Below, piece by piece: positions 18,278 to 27,710 of a stretch of 64,000 nucleotides of DNA. The translations under genes were made by a program, and so were the position numbers. The stretch covers positions 82,725-146,724 of the forward strand of contig JBBRSB010000001.1 of NCBI GenBank assembly GCA_038245785.1, in the 5' to 3' direction. Source of the DNA: Gloeobacterales cyanobacterium. GTDB lineage: Bacteria > Cyanobacteriota > Cyanobacteriia > Gloeobacterales > PMM-0068. The notes below the pieces were generated by a model. That model made no database searches. It saw only the letters and a program-made list of their open reading frames with translations, and had not been told where the DNA came from. Position 1 is the stretch's first letter. Every line of letters begins with the position of its first letter.

Positions 18278-18441
18278 ATGCACCAGCCGACCCATTAAAA
18301 ACAGAAACAAGAGCTTATAAAGTAAGTCGCGAGCGCTTAATTGCATTCAAAGCACTCACCGCATCACAGCGATTGCAGTGGGTTGAAGAATCCGCCGCAT
18401 TTTTGCGCTTAGCCAAAACTAGCCGTGAAGCAAATAAATAG
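18274..18441 (+). CDS. small ORF (55 aa) overlapping the nucleotidyltransferase stop by ATGA
   Basis: MNAPADPLKTETRAYKVSRERLIAFKALTASQRLQWVEESAAFLRLAKTSREANK*. The ATGA overlap suggests a two-gene module. Confidence 0.35.
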   Translation: MNAPADPLKTETRAYKVSRERLIAFKALTASQRLQWVEESAAFLRLAKTSREANK

Positions 18442-18789
18442 CCATGCTGCACAAGAATTTACAAATTAAAGGAGTCTGACCCCATTGATTTCAAGTTGAA
18501 ATTTCTTTAGAAGGTTGACTGCACTTATAAGCAGTATTATGGTTTGGCATGGCTAACTTGGCCCATTTTCATTTATTTTGTTCAATGAGTGAACCTGAGC
18601 TTGGATAAGGCTAATTTTCCAATAGGTTTTAACTACAGATAGTGTTATAAGAAGCTTTATTAGAGCACACAGCGAGTGAGCCTTTGCTCCAACGTAAAGA
18701 AATTCTAAAAAAGATTAAGAGAAGCTGCGAAGTCTGAGCGCACTCATTTTTTTCTTCGACCATATAAGTATAAGTATTAAGTCATCGAT

Positions 18790-20646
18790 ATGGACAAAGT
18801 TCCTACCTCTGAAGACGATCTTACCTTCCTCGGATGGGGCATCCTTGGAGTGGTTATTTTAAGCTTGGGATTTATGTTTTTTGCCCCCTCTGTGCCATCG
18901 GTTCAAAATATTCCCTACAGTCAGTTTTTACAGGAAGCCAATAGTGGAAAAATTGAGGAAGTTACGCTTTCTAATCAACAAATTGTCGGCACCTATCGCC
19001 ATAATGCTGCCCTTAAAACTGAACGCTTTAGAACAATCCCTGTGCCTGATGCAAACCTGCTCCCAGTCCTCCAGCAGAATGGAGTCACCTTTGATGGTTC
19101 GGTGGAAGCCACTGGTTTTAGTGGTGGGATTGCCTGGCCTATCCTGATCTTTGCCTTTCTAGGGCTGGGCTGGCTTTTTAGTCGAAGAAGCAGCCCAGAA
19201 AAGGGATTGATGTCTTTTAGTAAAAGTGGAGCCCGCTTGTCTACAGGGATTGGAGCGCCCAAAACAACCTTTGCCGATGTAGCTGGGGTAGATGAAGCCA
19301 AGCAAGAGCTTATGGAAGTAGTGGAATTTCTGCGCAACCCTCAGAAATTCACTCGTTTAGGAGGGAAAGTCCCCAAAGGGATTTTACTCATCGGTCCTCC
19401 CGGAACAGGAAAAACTCTGATAGCTAGAGCCTTAGCGGGCGAAGCAGGCGTGCCGTTCTTTTCGATTGGCGGTTCTGCTTTCGTAGAGATGTTTGTCGGG
19501 GTGGGTTCTGCGCGGGTGCGAGATTTATTTGAACAGGCTAAGACCCAAGCCCCTTGCATTATTTTTATCGATGAACTGGATGCTATCGGGAAGTCAAGGG
19601 GTAACAATCCGATGATGTCCAATGATGAACGAGAGCAAACGCTGAACCAGTTGCTCTCCGAAATGGATGGCTTCGACCCCACGGAAAATATTATTGTCGT
19701 TGGCGCCACCAACCGTCCAGATGCCCTAGACCAGGCACTCTTACGCCCTGGTCGGTTTGATCGTCAGGTGCTGGTAGACCGTCCCGATAGAAATGGCCGT
19801 TTGGCAGTATTAAACCTATATATCCGGAAAGTGCCGCTATCAGAAAATGTGGATTTAGACCTATTGGCGGCTGAAACGATGGGCTTTTCAGGAGCAGACC
19901 TGGCTAACCTGATTAATGAAGCAGCGCTTTTGGCGGCCCGGAGAGATGCCCCGTCCGTAGAAATGAAAGATTTGAATGAGGCCTTAGAACGCTTGATTGC
20001 TGGATTGCAGAAAATAGGGCGGGTGCTGAATACACAAGAACGCATGACCGTCGCCTATCACGAAATCGGTCATGCCATTGTCGGCAGTAGTGTCCTGGGC
20101 TCTAACCCATTGCGCAAAATTTCGATTATTCCACGGGGGCAGCAAGCCCTAGGCTATACCCTGCAACTTCCCCAGGAAGACCGCCATCTGCGTACCCGAA
20201 CAGAACTGTTTGGTCAGCTTGCCACGCTTTTGGGCGGAAGGGCAGCGGAAGATTTGATATTCAACGGAGAGGTTTCCACCGGAGCTGCCAATGACCTTGC
20301 CAAAGTTACAGAGTTAGCGGAGCAGATGGTGACCCAACTAGGCATGAGCCATGACCTCGGAAATGTTTGCTATCTGCGCGAAGGTCGGAATTTTTTGGAA
20401 GATAGCGATGGTATGGGACGACGCAAAACCAGTGAAGCCACCGCTCAGATGATTGACCGAGCTATTCGAGATTTGGTGGACGAAGCCTACGACCAAGCAA
20501 TGGCTACTCTGCGCCAAAATCATCCTCTCTTAGAAGAGATGGCCCAGAGTCTTTTGACCCATGAGTGCCTAGAAGGTGCTTATTTAGAACAATTCCTGCA
20601 AAAAATTAAGGGACGGACTTTAAATGTTAAGGCAATCCATTCTTAA
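18790..20646 (+). CDS. ftsH: ATP-dependent zinc metalloprotease FtsH
   Basis: Walker A GPPGTGKT, an SRH region, the zinc motif HEIGHA and an N-terminal TM segment. Confidence 0.95.
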   Translation: MDKVPTSEDDLTFLGWGILGVVILSLGFMFFAPSVPSVQNIPYSQFLQEANSGKIEEVTLSNQQIVGTYRHNAALKTERFRTIPVPDANLLPVLQQNGVTFDGSVEATGFSGGIAWPILIFAFLGLGWLFSRRSSPEKGLMSFSKSGARLSTGIGAPKTTFADVAGVDEAKQELMEVVEFLRNPQKFTRLGGKVPKGILLIGPPGTGKTLIARALAGEAGVPFFSIGGSAFVEMFVGVGSARVRDLFEQAKTQAPCIIFIDELDAIGKSRGNNPMMSNDEREQTLNQLLSEMDGFDPTENIIVVGATNRPDALDQALLRPGRFDRQVLVDRPDRNGRLAVLNLYIRKVPLSENVDLDLLAAETMGFSGADLANLINEAALLAARRDAPSVEMKDLNEALERLIAGLQKIGRVLNTQERMTVAYHEIGHAIVGSSVLGSNPLRKISIIPRGQQALGYTLQLPQEDRHLRTRTELFGQLATLLGGRAAEDLIFNGEVSTGAANDLAKVTELAEQMVTQLGMSHDLGNVCYLREGRNFLEDSDGMGRRKTSEATAQMIDRAIRDLVDEAYDQAMATLRQNHPLLEEMAQSLLTHECLEGAYLEQFLQKIKGRTLNVKAIHS

Positions 20647-20741
20647 CTAAAACTGTACTTTTTGTAACGATTCTGAATAGTTATTATGAGAGCAAGCAAA
20701 TCCTCTTTGAGACTGCTCATCGCTAAGGTTACAAAGATAAA

Positions 20742-20767
20742 AGCCCTAGTGCTTTGGCATTAGGGCT
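20742..20767 (-). terminator. hairpin between convergent ftsH and hrcA
   Basis: AGCCCTAGTGC-TTTG-GCATTAGGGCT, with one G-T pair. It is T-rich after the hairpin on the - strand. Confidence 0.45.
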
Positions 20768-20801
20768 GAGGACGCAGTTAGGAGGTATCTTATGGCTTAT
20801 T

Positions 20802-21938
20802 TTAGTTCTTCTCCTCTGGTTTCGTATGGTTTTTAATAACTTCTTTAGGTATAGATACCTTTTTTGACGTCTCTAGCTTTGATGTTTCTGGATGACTACG
20901 GGAGTAAAGGGCAGCCGTGAGATGCTCTGCTGTCGCTTGTACAGACGCAATTGCCCGGTCGTACTGTAAACGGGTGGGACCGAGAATGCTCACGGAGCCG
21001 ACGGGAACCCCATCTTGTTCATAGGTCTGAGATACCAAAGTACAGGCTTGCATCGGTTCTAAAGGATTTTCCGACCCAATGCGAATCGTCACCTTGCTCT
21101 GGGCAGTGAAGTCCTGAGGGGCAATCAGGGAGCCAAGTTCTTCTCTCTGTTCTTCTAGGAGGCTAACTAGAGCCTTTACCCGATAGGGGTCTAGAAATTC
21201 TGGTTGGCTGAGGACTGCATGTACACCACTGATGAAAATTTGCTCTGTCTGAGGTCTAGTGATGGTTTGCCGAACCAGATCAAAAAGCCCGCGCACGAAA
21301 TCTGCCCACTGGCTAAATTCTCGATGAAGTTCTCCCAATTGCTGAGTGGAGAGGTCCGTTAGCGGTTGCTTGGTCAGCGTCGCATTTAAGAAATTATTCA
21401 GCAGCTCTAGCTCTTCTGACTGTGTGGCCTCGGGCAATTCTACAATCAGCGACTGCGTATGATACGAATCGGTGACCACAATCAGCATCGCTCTGCGTTC
21501 ATCAATAGCGACAAGCTGCAGATGACGGATTTGAGGATGTTGACCCCTAGGTGCTGTGACCATGGCGACATAGCCGCTCAGGGAAGACAAAATGCGGGAA
21601 GCCCCTTGCAGAAGACTCTCCAGGCTACGGCATGAATGGTTATCCAGCGCACTGGACAAGGCTTCAGTCATAGACTGGGCCAAAAATGCCGGCGGTTCTA
21701 ACAGCTCATTGACATAGACGCGATAGCCAAAGTCAGAGGGGATGCGTCCGGCAGAAGTATGAGGTTGGAATAGTAAACCCGCATTCTCAAGCAAGTTCAT
21801 GACATTGCGAATTGTGGCTGAACTAACCCCAAAATCAAATTGCTCCGTAAGGGTTTTAGAGCCAACAGGTTCTGCCGTAGCGATGTAGCAACGCACCGTG
21901 GCTTGAAAAATTTGTTGCTGGCGGGAATTGAGTTTCAT
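20802..21938 (-). CDS. hrcA: heat-inducible transcription repressor HrcA
   Basis: MKLNSRQQQIFQATVRCYIATAEPVGSKTL.. is a winged-helix N-terminus of typical length, plus a lysine/glutamate-rich tail. Confidence 0.9.
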   Translation of the reverse strand: MKLNSRQQQIFQATVRCYIATAEPVGSKTLTEQFDFGVSSATIRNVMNLLENAGLLFQPHTSAGRIPSDFGYRVYVNELLEPPAFLAQSMTEALSSALDNHSCRSLESLLQGASRILSSLSGYVAMVTAPRGQHPQIRHLQLVAIDERRAMLIVVTDSYHTQSLIVELPEATQSEELELLNNFLNATLTKQPLTDLSTQQLGELHREFSQWADFVRGLFDLVRQTITRPQTEQIFISGVHAVLSQPEFLDPYRVKALVSLLEEQREELGSLIAPQDFTAQSKVTIRIGSENPLEPMQACTLVSQTYEQDGVPVGSVSILGPTRLQYDRAIASVQATAEHLTAALYSRSHPETSKLETSKKVSIPKEVIKNHTKPEEKN

Positions 21939-22172
21939 GAAAACCTCTTGCCTATAGGCTGATTACAGAAAGGCTCGTGGCTGTTTATGAATAGAGGTTT
22001 TTCTGGTGGTAAAACAGTGGTCTTGTGCACGTTTAGCTAGCTTCGGTTTAATAGATAGTTGGACCATATTGTACCCGTATCCCTTGATCCGTGCGCATCT
22101 CCGCTGGACATAATCGTTTTGACCATACCTGTGGGAGCTGATAGTCCACGAGGGATGGTTTAAGATTGGCGC

Positions 22173-23297
22173 ATGGCTATCGTTTCTTCCCACAGTCCCC
22201 AACCGTCTAACCAACCTCCTGAGCAGCCCGCGACTAATAAAGCTTCTAAGGTAGTTAAGTCTGTGGAGCCTTTACTCCAAGGTACTACTTTGGATACCGA
22301 GGAGCAGGGTAACCAAGAAGAAACTATCCGTCCCCAATCGATGAATGAGTACATTGGCCAGAAAGCGCTCAAGGATGTTTTGTCTATTGCGATTCAGGCG
22401 GCTCAGTCACGGGGTGAATCTTTAGACCATCTCCTGTTCTACGGTCCGCCTGGTTTAGGAAAAACAACAATTTCTCAGATTCTGGCCCAGGCGATGGGGG
22501 TCAAGCTCCATCTAACCAGTGCCCCCGCTCTTTCCAGTCCCAAGGATATTGCCGGACTTTTGGTGAATATCCAACCTGGAGACCTTCTGTTTATTGATGA
22601 AATTCATCGACTGCCAAGGGTCAGTGAAGAAATTCTCTATCCGGCAATGGAAGATTTTCGCCTGGACATCACGATTGGGAAGGGCCGTAGTGCCCGGATC
22701 ACCAGTATCAACCTGCCCAAATTCACCTTGGTCGGCGCCACTACTAAAATTGGTGCGTTGACTTCTCCTTTGAGAGACCGCTTCGGCCTGGTCCAACGTT
22801 TGCGCTTCTATGAATTGGATGAACTGGAGGCGATTGTTACCCGCACCGCTCGCCTATTAGAGATTGCGATTGAACCGATGGGGGCGAATGAATTGGCCCG
22901 TCGCTCTAGAGGTACGCCCCGGATTGCCAATCGCTTACTGCGCAGAGTCCGCGACTATGCCCAAGTGAAAGCAGAAGGGACAATCACTCAAGATGTAGCC
23001 GCCAAAGCCCTAGAACTGTTTAATGTCGACCCGATGGGCTTAGATTGGACGGACCGCAAGCTGCTCCAAACTTTGATTGAGAACTATGGCGGTGGCCCCG
23101 TCGGTCTTGATACTTTGGCGGCGGCCACGGGAGAAGACAGCCAGACTTTGGAAGAAGTGTATGAGCCTTATCTATTGCAAATTGGCTACTTGCAACGGAC
23201 GCCGCGAGGAAGAATGGCAACGGCAAGCGCCTATCAACACTTAGGCTATCAAGCGCCTCAGATGCCTGTTGAACAGATCCCTTTAGATATGAGTTAG
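22173..23297 (+). CDS. ruvB: Holliday junction branch migration helicase RuvB
   Basis: [12 protein letters not shown].., Walker [16 protein letters not shown] and the RuvB C-terminal winged helix. Confidence 0.95.
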   Translation: MAIVSSHSPQPSNQPPEQPATNKASKVVKSVEPLLQGTTLDTEEQGNQEETIRPQSMNEYIGQKALKDVLSIAIQAAQSRGESLDHLLFYGPPGLGKTTISQILAQAMGVKLHLTSAPALSSPKDIAGLLVNIQPGDLLFIDEIHRLPRVSEEILYPAMEDFRLDITIGKGRSARITSINLPKFTLVGATTKIGALTSPLRDRFGLVQRLRFYELDELEAIVTRTARLLEIAIEPMGANELARRSRGTPRIANRLLRRVRDYAQVKAEGTITQDVAAKALELFNVDPMGLDWTDRKLLQTLIENYGGGPVGLDTLAAATGEDSQTLEEVYEPYLLQIGYLQRTPRGRMATASAYQHLGYQAPQMPVEQIPLDMS

Positions 23298-23358
23298 GTT
23301 GCCCAGATGTTCTCTATACAATAGAAGCCACAGCTTGGCCCCTTGGAGGCTGCTACCT

Positions 23359-23922
23359 ATGGTCCAAACACCATCCAAAATCCTAACGTTAGAAGAGTTT
23401 CTGAAACTGCCGGAAACCAAACCTGCCAGTGAGTACGTTGACGGTCAAATTATTCAAAAACCGATGCCAAAAGGTAAACACAGCACGATCCAACGAGATT
23501 TGATGTTCGCGATTGAGGCTGTATTGAAGCCCAAACGGATTGCACGAGCCTTTCCTGAGCTGCGTTGTACATTTGGTGAGCGGTCGACCGTGCCCGATGT
23601 ATCTGTGTTTCTCGCTGAGAGAATTCCTCGCGATGAGAAGGGTGAAGTTGCCAACTTGTTCCAGATAGTCCCTGATTGGACCATTGAGATTTTGTCCCCG
23701 GACCAGAGCCAGACTAGAGTTACCAAAAATATTCTGCATTGTCTAAAAAATGGAACGCAGATGGGTTGGCTCATTGATCCGGAAGAACAGACGGTGTTTG
23801 TCTATCTACCAAAACAAGAGCCGCAAATATTCGATGATCTAGAGCAGCAGCTTCCTGTCCCAGCTTTTGCTGCTGAGTTGCAATTGAGTGTGGGTGAATT
23901 ATTTGGTTGGCTTTTGGAGTAA
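23359..23922 (+). CDS. Uma2 family (DUF820) putative endonuclease
   Basis: LTLEEFLKLPETKPASEYVDGQIIQKPMP..VPDVSVF..VPDWTIEILSPDQ. Start placed at ATG 23359, after GGAGG. Confidence 0.85.
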   Translation: MVQTPSKILTLEEFLKLPETKPASEYVDGQIIQKPMPKGKHSTIQRDLMFAIEAVLKPKRIARAFPELRCTFGERSTVPDVSVFLAERIPRDEKGEVANLFQIVPDWTIEILSPDQSQTRVTKNILHCLKNGTQMGWLIDPEEQTVFVYLPKQEPQIFDDLEQQLPVPAFAAELQLSVGELFGWLLE

Positions 23923-23927
23923 TTTTC

Positions 23928-24221
23928 ATGAAGCTAGACCGTATTACCAGTAGCCCGAATCGAATGAATGGTCAGCCCTGCATTCGCGATCTGCGCCTCA
24001 CGGTTCGTCGGCTACTTGAATTGCTAGCAACTTATCCAGATCGACAAGAATTGTTTCAAGAATTTCCAGAACTGGAAGAAGAAGATATTCAACAAGCATT
24101 AGTTGTTGCCAGCAATAAAAGACTGCGATCATTAGGTTTGGATACAGGAGTGTTTACTGTTCCAGATGACTTTGATGCACCCTTGCCTGAAGATATCCTA
24201 GATGCATTTGAGGGCAAGTAA
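23928..24221 (+). CDS. DUF433 protein with an antitoxin-like C-terminal tail (apparent chimera)
   Basis: The N-terminal part, ITSSPNRMNGQPCIRDLRLTVRRLLELL..EDIQQAL, is DUF433. The tail, GVFTVPDDFDAPLPEDILDAFEG, is the C-terminal signature of VapB-class antitoxins. Confidence 0.7.
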   Translation: MKLDRITSSPNRMNGQPCIRDLRLTVRRLLELLATYPDRQELFQEFPELEEEDIQQALVVASNKRLRSLGLDTGVFTVPDDFDAPLPEDILDAFEGK

Positions 24222-24304
24222 GAATTCTGTTAGATACGTATATATTCTTGGGGCCCAGCGCTAACTTATACCAGTCCTAATAAGATAAAACAGACCAAAT
24301 CTCC

Positions 24305-25672
24305 TCAGCGTCCGCCCACAACCACATTAGCAATGCGAATATGAGGACCGCCTACGGCAACAGGAAGCGGGGATTGGCCGCCCTTGCCACATCCGCCATT
24401 GAGCCAAAGCTGGTCAGAACCAATCGCTTCGATATCTTTGAGGGATTGGAATACATTTCCGGTCAGGTTTACATCGCTTATAGGTTCGGCGATTTTGCCG
24501 TTGCGGATCATATAGCCTTCCGCTGCCGCAAAGGTAAACATCTCGCCATTCGTTTGACCGCCCAACATCCGTACGGCGTAGATGCCTTCTTCGATATCGC
24601 GGATCATGTCGTCAAAGGATTGGTCTCCGCCAAGGATGCCAGTGTTTGTCATCCGCACAATCGGAGGATGAGTCGCTCCCATAGCGCGGGCATTACCCGT
24701 GGGCTTTTCATTCAACTTGCCAGCGGTTTCTCGATTGTGAAGCCGTTGAGTGAGGATGCCATCTTTAATCAGGTACTTGCATTGAGCAGGAACCCCTTCA
24801 TCGTCATAGACCAAGCTACCGGGCAGATTAGGAATCGTAGCGTCATCCACCACCGTCAAACTGGGATGGGCAATCGGTTCGCCCAGGACCAACAGTTCTT
24901 GCATCCGGGGATTTTCATAGACAAAATCAGCTTCTGAAAGATGACCAAAAGCCTCATGCATGAATACGCCTGCCAGATAAGGGTCGAGCACGACCGTGTA
25001 CTGTCCACCTTTCACGGGTTTGGCCTCTAGCTGTCCCAAAGCTCGTTTCGCCGCCCCATGAACCTGCTCTTCCAAGCCTTCTAAAACATTGAAATCAGTA
25101 CGGGAATGAACTGATTCAAACCCTTGTCGGACCGTAGCACCGTCTCGTACTACTACGCCAAACCGTCCAGACACATCTAGACGCTCCTGTTCCAAAGCCG
25201 TCCCGATCGAATTGACAAAATAGGTGGTACGAAAACGGTCAGAGATGCCCACCATCGTCGTTTGGATGCGTGGGTCTAGCTGGAGCAGTAAATCGTTGTA
25301 CTTCTGGGCTAAAGCTCGTTTTTCAACTAGGGAAACTCCCCTGGGATCTCGGCCCAAAGCTACCCGCACCGTATCTTCCACGGGGTCTACGGCAGCCAAA
25401 TGAGTCTGCTCATGGCCCACCAGTTTTGCCTGGGCAATCGCCTCCGCCACTCGGTTCTCTAGACCTTCCAAGCTATTGAATGTAACGAAACTCCAGCCAC
25501 CTTTATGACAGGCCCGTATTCCTCCAGCTAGAGAGAAATTCCGGTCCACCGAATCCAAGAGTGCGCCGCGAAAGCCGAGACTGGTAGACTCACTCTTCTC
25601 GAGCCGGATTTCCAAGTAGTCCACTTGATCGCGGTAGGGTTTGAGTGCATCAAGGAGCCGTTGTTTCATCAC
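24305..25672 (-). CDS. TldD/PmbA family metallopeptidase (TldD-like)
   Basis: 455 aa with an HEAFGHLSEADF metal-binding motif and a glycine-rich C-terminus. Confidence 0.88.
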   Translation of the reverse strand: MMKQRLLDALKPYRDQVDYLEIRLEKSESTSLGFRGALLDSVDRNFSLAGGIRACHKGGWSFVTFNSLEGLENRVAEAIAQAKLVGHEQTHLAAVDPVEDTVRVALGRDPRGVSLVEKRALAQKYNDLLLQLDPRIQTTMVGISDRFRTTYFVNSIGTALEQERLDVSGRFGVVVRDGATVRQGFESVHSRTDFNVLEGLEEQVHGAAKRALGQLEAKPVKGGQYTVVLDPYLAGVFMHEAFGHLSEADFVYENPRMQELLVLGEPIAHPSLTVVDDATIPNLPGSLVYDDEGVPAQCKYLIKDGILTQRLHNRETAGKLNEKPTGNARAMGATHPPIVRMTNTGILGGDQSFDDMIRDIEEGIYAVRMLGGQTNGEMFTFAAAEGYMIRNGKIAEPISDVNLTGNVFQSLKDIEAIGSDQLWLNGGCGKGGQSPLPVAVGGPHIRIANVVVGGR

Positions 25673-25852
25673 ATTTGCCTAGCTAATACCGGGTCTTTTC
25701 ATCATACTCGGGCACCCATTACCCATTGATATTCACAGACGACAAGTCGTTTGCATACTGTCAAAAATTGCTCAAAAAGGATGTTTCTCCCCCAAACTTG
25801 GCAGGGCTGATTCATTCTTCGAAAGGAGGCATAGGGGATCAGGCCTCTAGAC

Positions 25853-25888
25853 ATACCCCTCAGTCCCGTAAGGGACTGAGGGGTATGA
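25853..25888. other. perfect 16-bp stem-loop
   Basis: CATACCCCTCAGTCCC-GTAA-GGGACTGAGGGGTATG. No flanking T-run on either strand. Confidence 0.7.
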
Positions 25889-25904
25889 AACAGCTCTTGG
25901 GGCC

Positions 25905-25949
25905 AGGGGGACTTAAAAAAGGGTACGGATACATGACGTATCCGTACCC
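25905..25949 (-). terminator. Rho-independent terminator of the 25980-26549 gene
   Basis: GGGTACGGATAC/GTATCCGTACCC is a 12-bp stem (25921-25949). On the - strand it is followed by CTTTTTTAAG. Confidence 0.65.
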
Positions 25950-25979
25950 TCCATAACCTGTGAACTTTTATTTAGAAAC

Positions 25980-26549
25980 TTACGAGCCGAGCTTAGCCAC
26001 GAACTTCGCTAGAGCCGCTTTATTTGCTTTGAGCAGAGCATTATTCTGCACAGCCTTGCTTCCTTCTGCGAGGGGAGCGGGTGTACCCAGGTCAATTCCT
26101 AGTTTTTCCGCAGCACTCTTGAGGACTGCCCGATTCTGCAAAAGCGTGGCTTGATTCTGATCCACTACCGTTCCTTCCGTTGAGGGAGGGGTATCAATAG
26201 GAGTAGTCCCAGCCTTGGCGGCAATTGCTTTGAAGGTGAGCTGGTTCTTTAAAAAGAGAATGCGATTCTTTTCAGCTGGAGTACTCTTTCCTTCGAAAGA
26301 GGCGATTAGGCTCTTTTCAGCCTCCGTACCAAAATTTGCGTCACCGCCCATCTTGGCTAAAATCTTGAGCGCTGTTTCTCTATTTTCTTGGACAAGCTTG
26401 CCATTTTCTAGAAGGATGGCTTCATCGCCAGCACTAGCACTCTCAGCCATGGCAGGAAGCTGCACGAAGCTAGGAACAAAGGCAAATCCTGTGCTCAGAA
26501 TTCCTGCAGCTACCAAACTCATGCTGATCTGTAAGATTGAACGATTCAT
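25980..26549 (-). CDS. secreted protein with three internal helical repeats
   Basis: Signal-like N-terminus MNRSILQISMSLVAAGILSTGFAFVPS. The recurring unit reads QENRETALKILAKMGGD / QNRAVLKSAAEKLGIDLG / NNALLKANKAALAKFVAKLGS. Confidence 0.6.
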   Translation of the reverse strand: MNRSILQISMSLVAAGILSTGFAFVPSFVQLPAMAESASAGDEAILLENGKLVQENRETALKILAKMGGDANFGTEAEKSLIASFEGKSTPAEKNRILFLKNQLTFKAIAAKAGTTPIDTPPSTEGTVVDQNQATLLQNRAVLKSAAEKLGIDLGTPAPLAEGSKAVQNNALLKANKAALAKFVAKLGS

Positions 26550-26809
26550 CAGTAAACTCCTTAGACCTATCTGTTGAAAAATGAAAACGATTGCCCTTCC
26601 GTAGAGGACTACTCAAAATTGCATGGCGTATATATAAATTTTTGTGTAATTCGACACCAAATACCCACATTCATGCAGATATTGCATGAAACTGATACGC
26701 ACTCAGCTCAGCTTATGAATGCACTATCAGGATTCCTCATGCTTCATGCGAAGAGAATACTAGAACGCTGTCCGTACTGCTTCTAGGAGCGTTGTGCACA
26801 ATGTGAACC

Positions 26810-26839
26810 TTGACATAAAGACTATAGAGTACAGATAAT
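26810..26839 (+). promoter_or_regulatory. candidate sigma70-type promoter for rplU-rpmA
   Basis: TTGACA (26810-26815), an 18-nt spacer, then GATAAT (26834-26839), about 75 nt upstream of rplU. Confidence 0.4.
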
Positions 26840-26914
26840 CAAGGACTGTTCAATTTGCTCGGACCAGGGATAAGCGGGTTTTCCCCTCCTGTACGGCGTT
26901 AGATGAAGGTAATT

Positions 26915-27313
26915 ATGGGTTACGCAATTATTGAATCCGGTGGTCGGCAGTTACGGGTGGAAGTCGGTCGTTTCTATGACTTAGATCTCCTTTATAGTTC
27001 TGCTGATGAAGATAGAGTTTTGCTAGAAGAAGGGGCCGATTTGAGCTTCGACCGTGTACTTATGGTACGCGCTGATGAAGAGAACCTGACCGTGGGGCAG
27101 CCTTATGTAGAAGGTGCCGTAGTCAAAGGTAAGGTCCTTCGCCACGGGAAAGCCCGCAAAATAATCATCTACAAGATGCGTCCGAAGAAAGGCTATCGTC
27201 GTAAGAAAGGACACCGTCAGCAATATAGTCGCTTCATGGTGGAATCTATCGAAATCAAAGGGCAGGCTATTGCCGCTCCTGCAGAAGCAGCCCCGGCTAG
27301 AGAAGCAGCTTAA
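26915..27313 (+). CDS. rplU: 50S ribosomal protein L21
   Basis: MGYAIIESGGRQLRVEVGRFYD.. plus KMRPKKGYRRKKGHRQ. It has an Ala/Pro-rich C-terminal extension. Confidence 0.93.
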   Translation: MGYAIIESGGRQLRVEVGRFYDLDLLYSSADEDRVLLEEGADLSFDRVLMVRADEENLTVGQPYVEGAVVKGKVLRHGKARKIIIYKMRPKKGYRRKKGHRQQYSRFMVESIEIKGQAIAAPAEAAPAREAA

Positions 27314-27349
27314 ATTCAGTCCATATTCAGTCAGTAAGGGAAAGAAGTC

Positions 27350-27619
27350 ATGGCACATAAAAAAGGTACAGGCTCTACGCGGAACGGTCGGGATTCCAAT
27401 GCTCAACGCTTGGGCGTCAAGCGCTACGGCGGTCAGGTTGTTCGCGCCGGAAATATCTTGGTTCGTCAACGGGGCACCCACTTCCATCCTGGCAACAATG
27501 TGGGCCGGGGCTCTGATGACACCCTGTTCGCTTTGATCGATGGCGAAGTCATCTTCGAGCGCTTAGGCAAGAGCCGTCAGAAAATCAGCGTCTACGCCAA
27601 GGCTGCTGTATCTGCTTAA
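27350..27619 (+). CDS. rpmA: 50S ribosomal protein L27
   Basis: [29 protein letters not shown].. Confidence 0.95.
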   Translation: MAHKKGTGSTRNGRDSNAQRLGVKRYGGQVVRAGNILVRQRGTHFHPGNNVGRGSDDTLFALIDGEVIFERLGKSRQKISVYAKAAVSA

Positions 27620-27710
27620 TTTTGGGGGCAGGCCTTTCCGGATCGGATGATGCAGGCAAGTTCTATACCCCTGTATCATAGGAAAGGCTTGCCCTAATTT
27701 GTATTAATTC

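Noticed and set aside
21939-22172. Search for a CIRCE operator (TTAGCACTC-N9-GAGTGCTAA) near hrcA.
   Set aside because: No match by eye in this intergenic region or elsewhere in the window. CIRCE normally sits at groESL or dnaK promoters, which are not present here.
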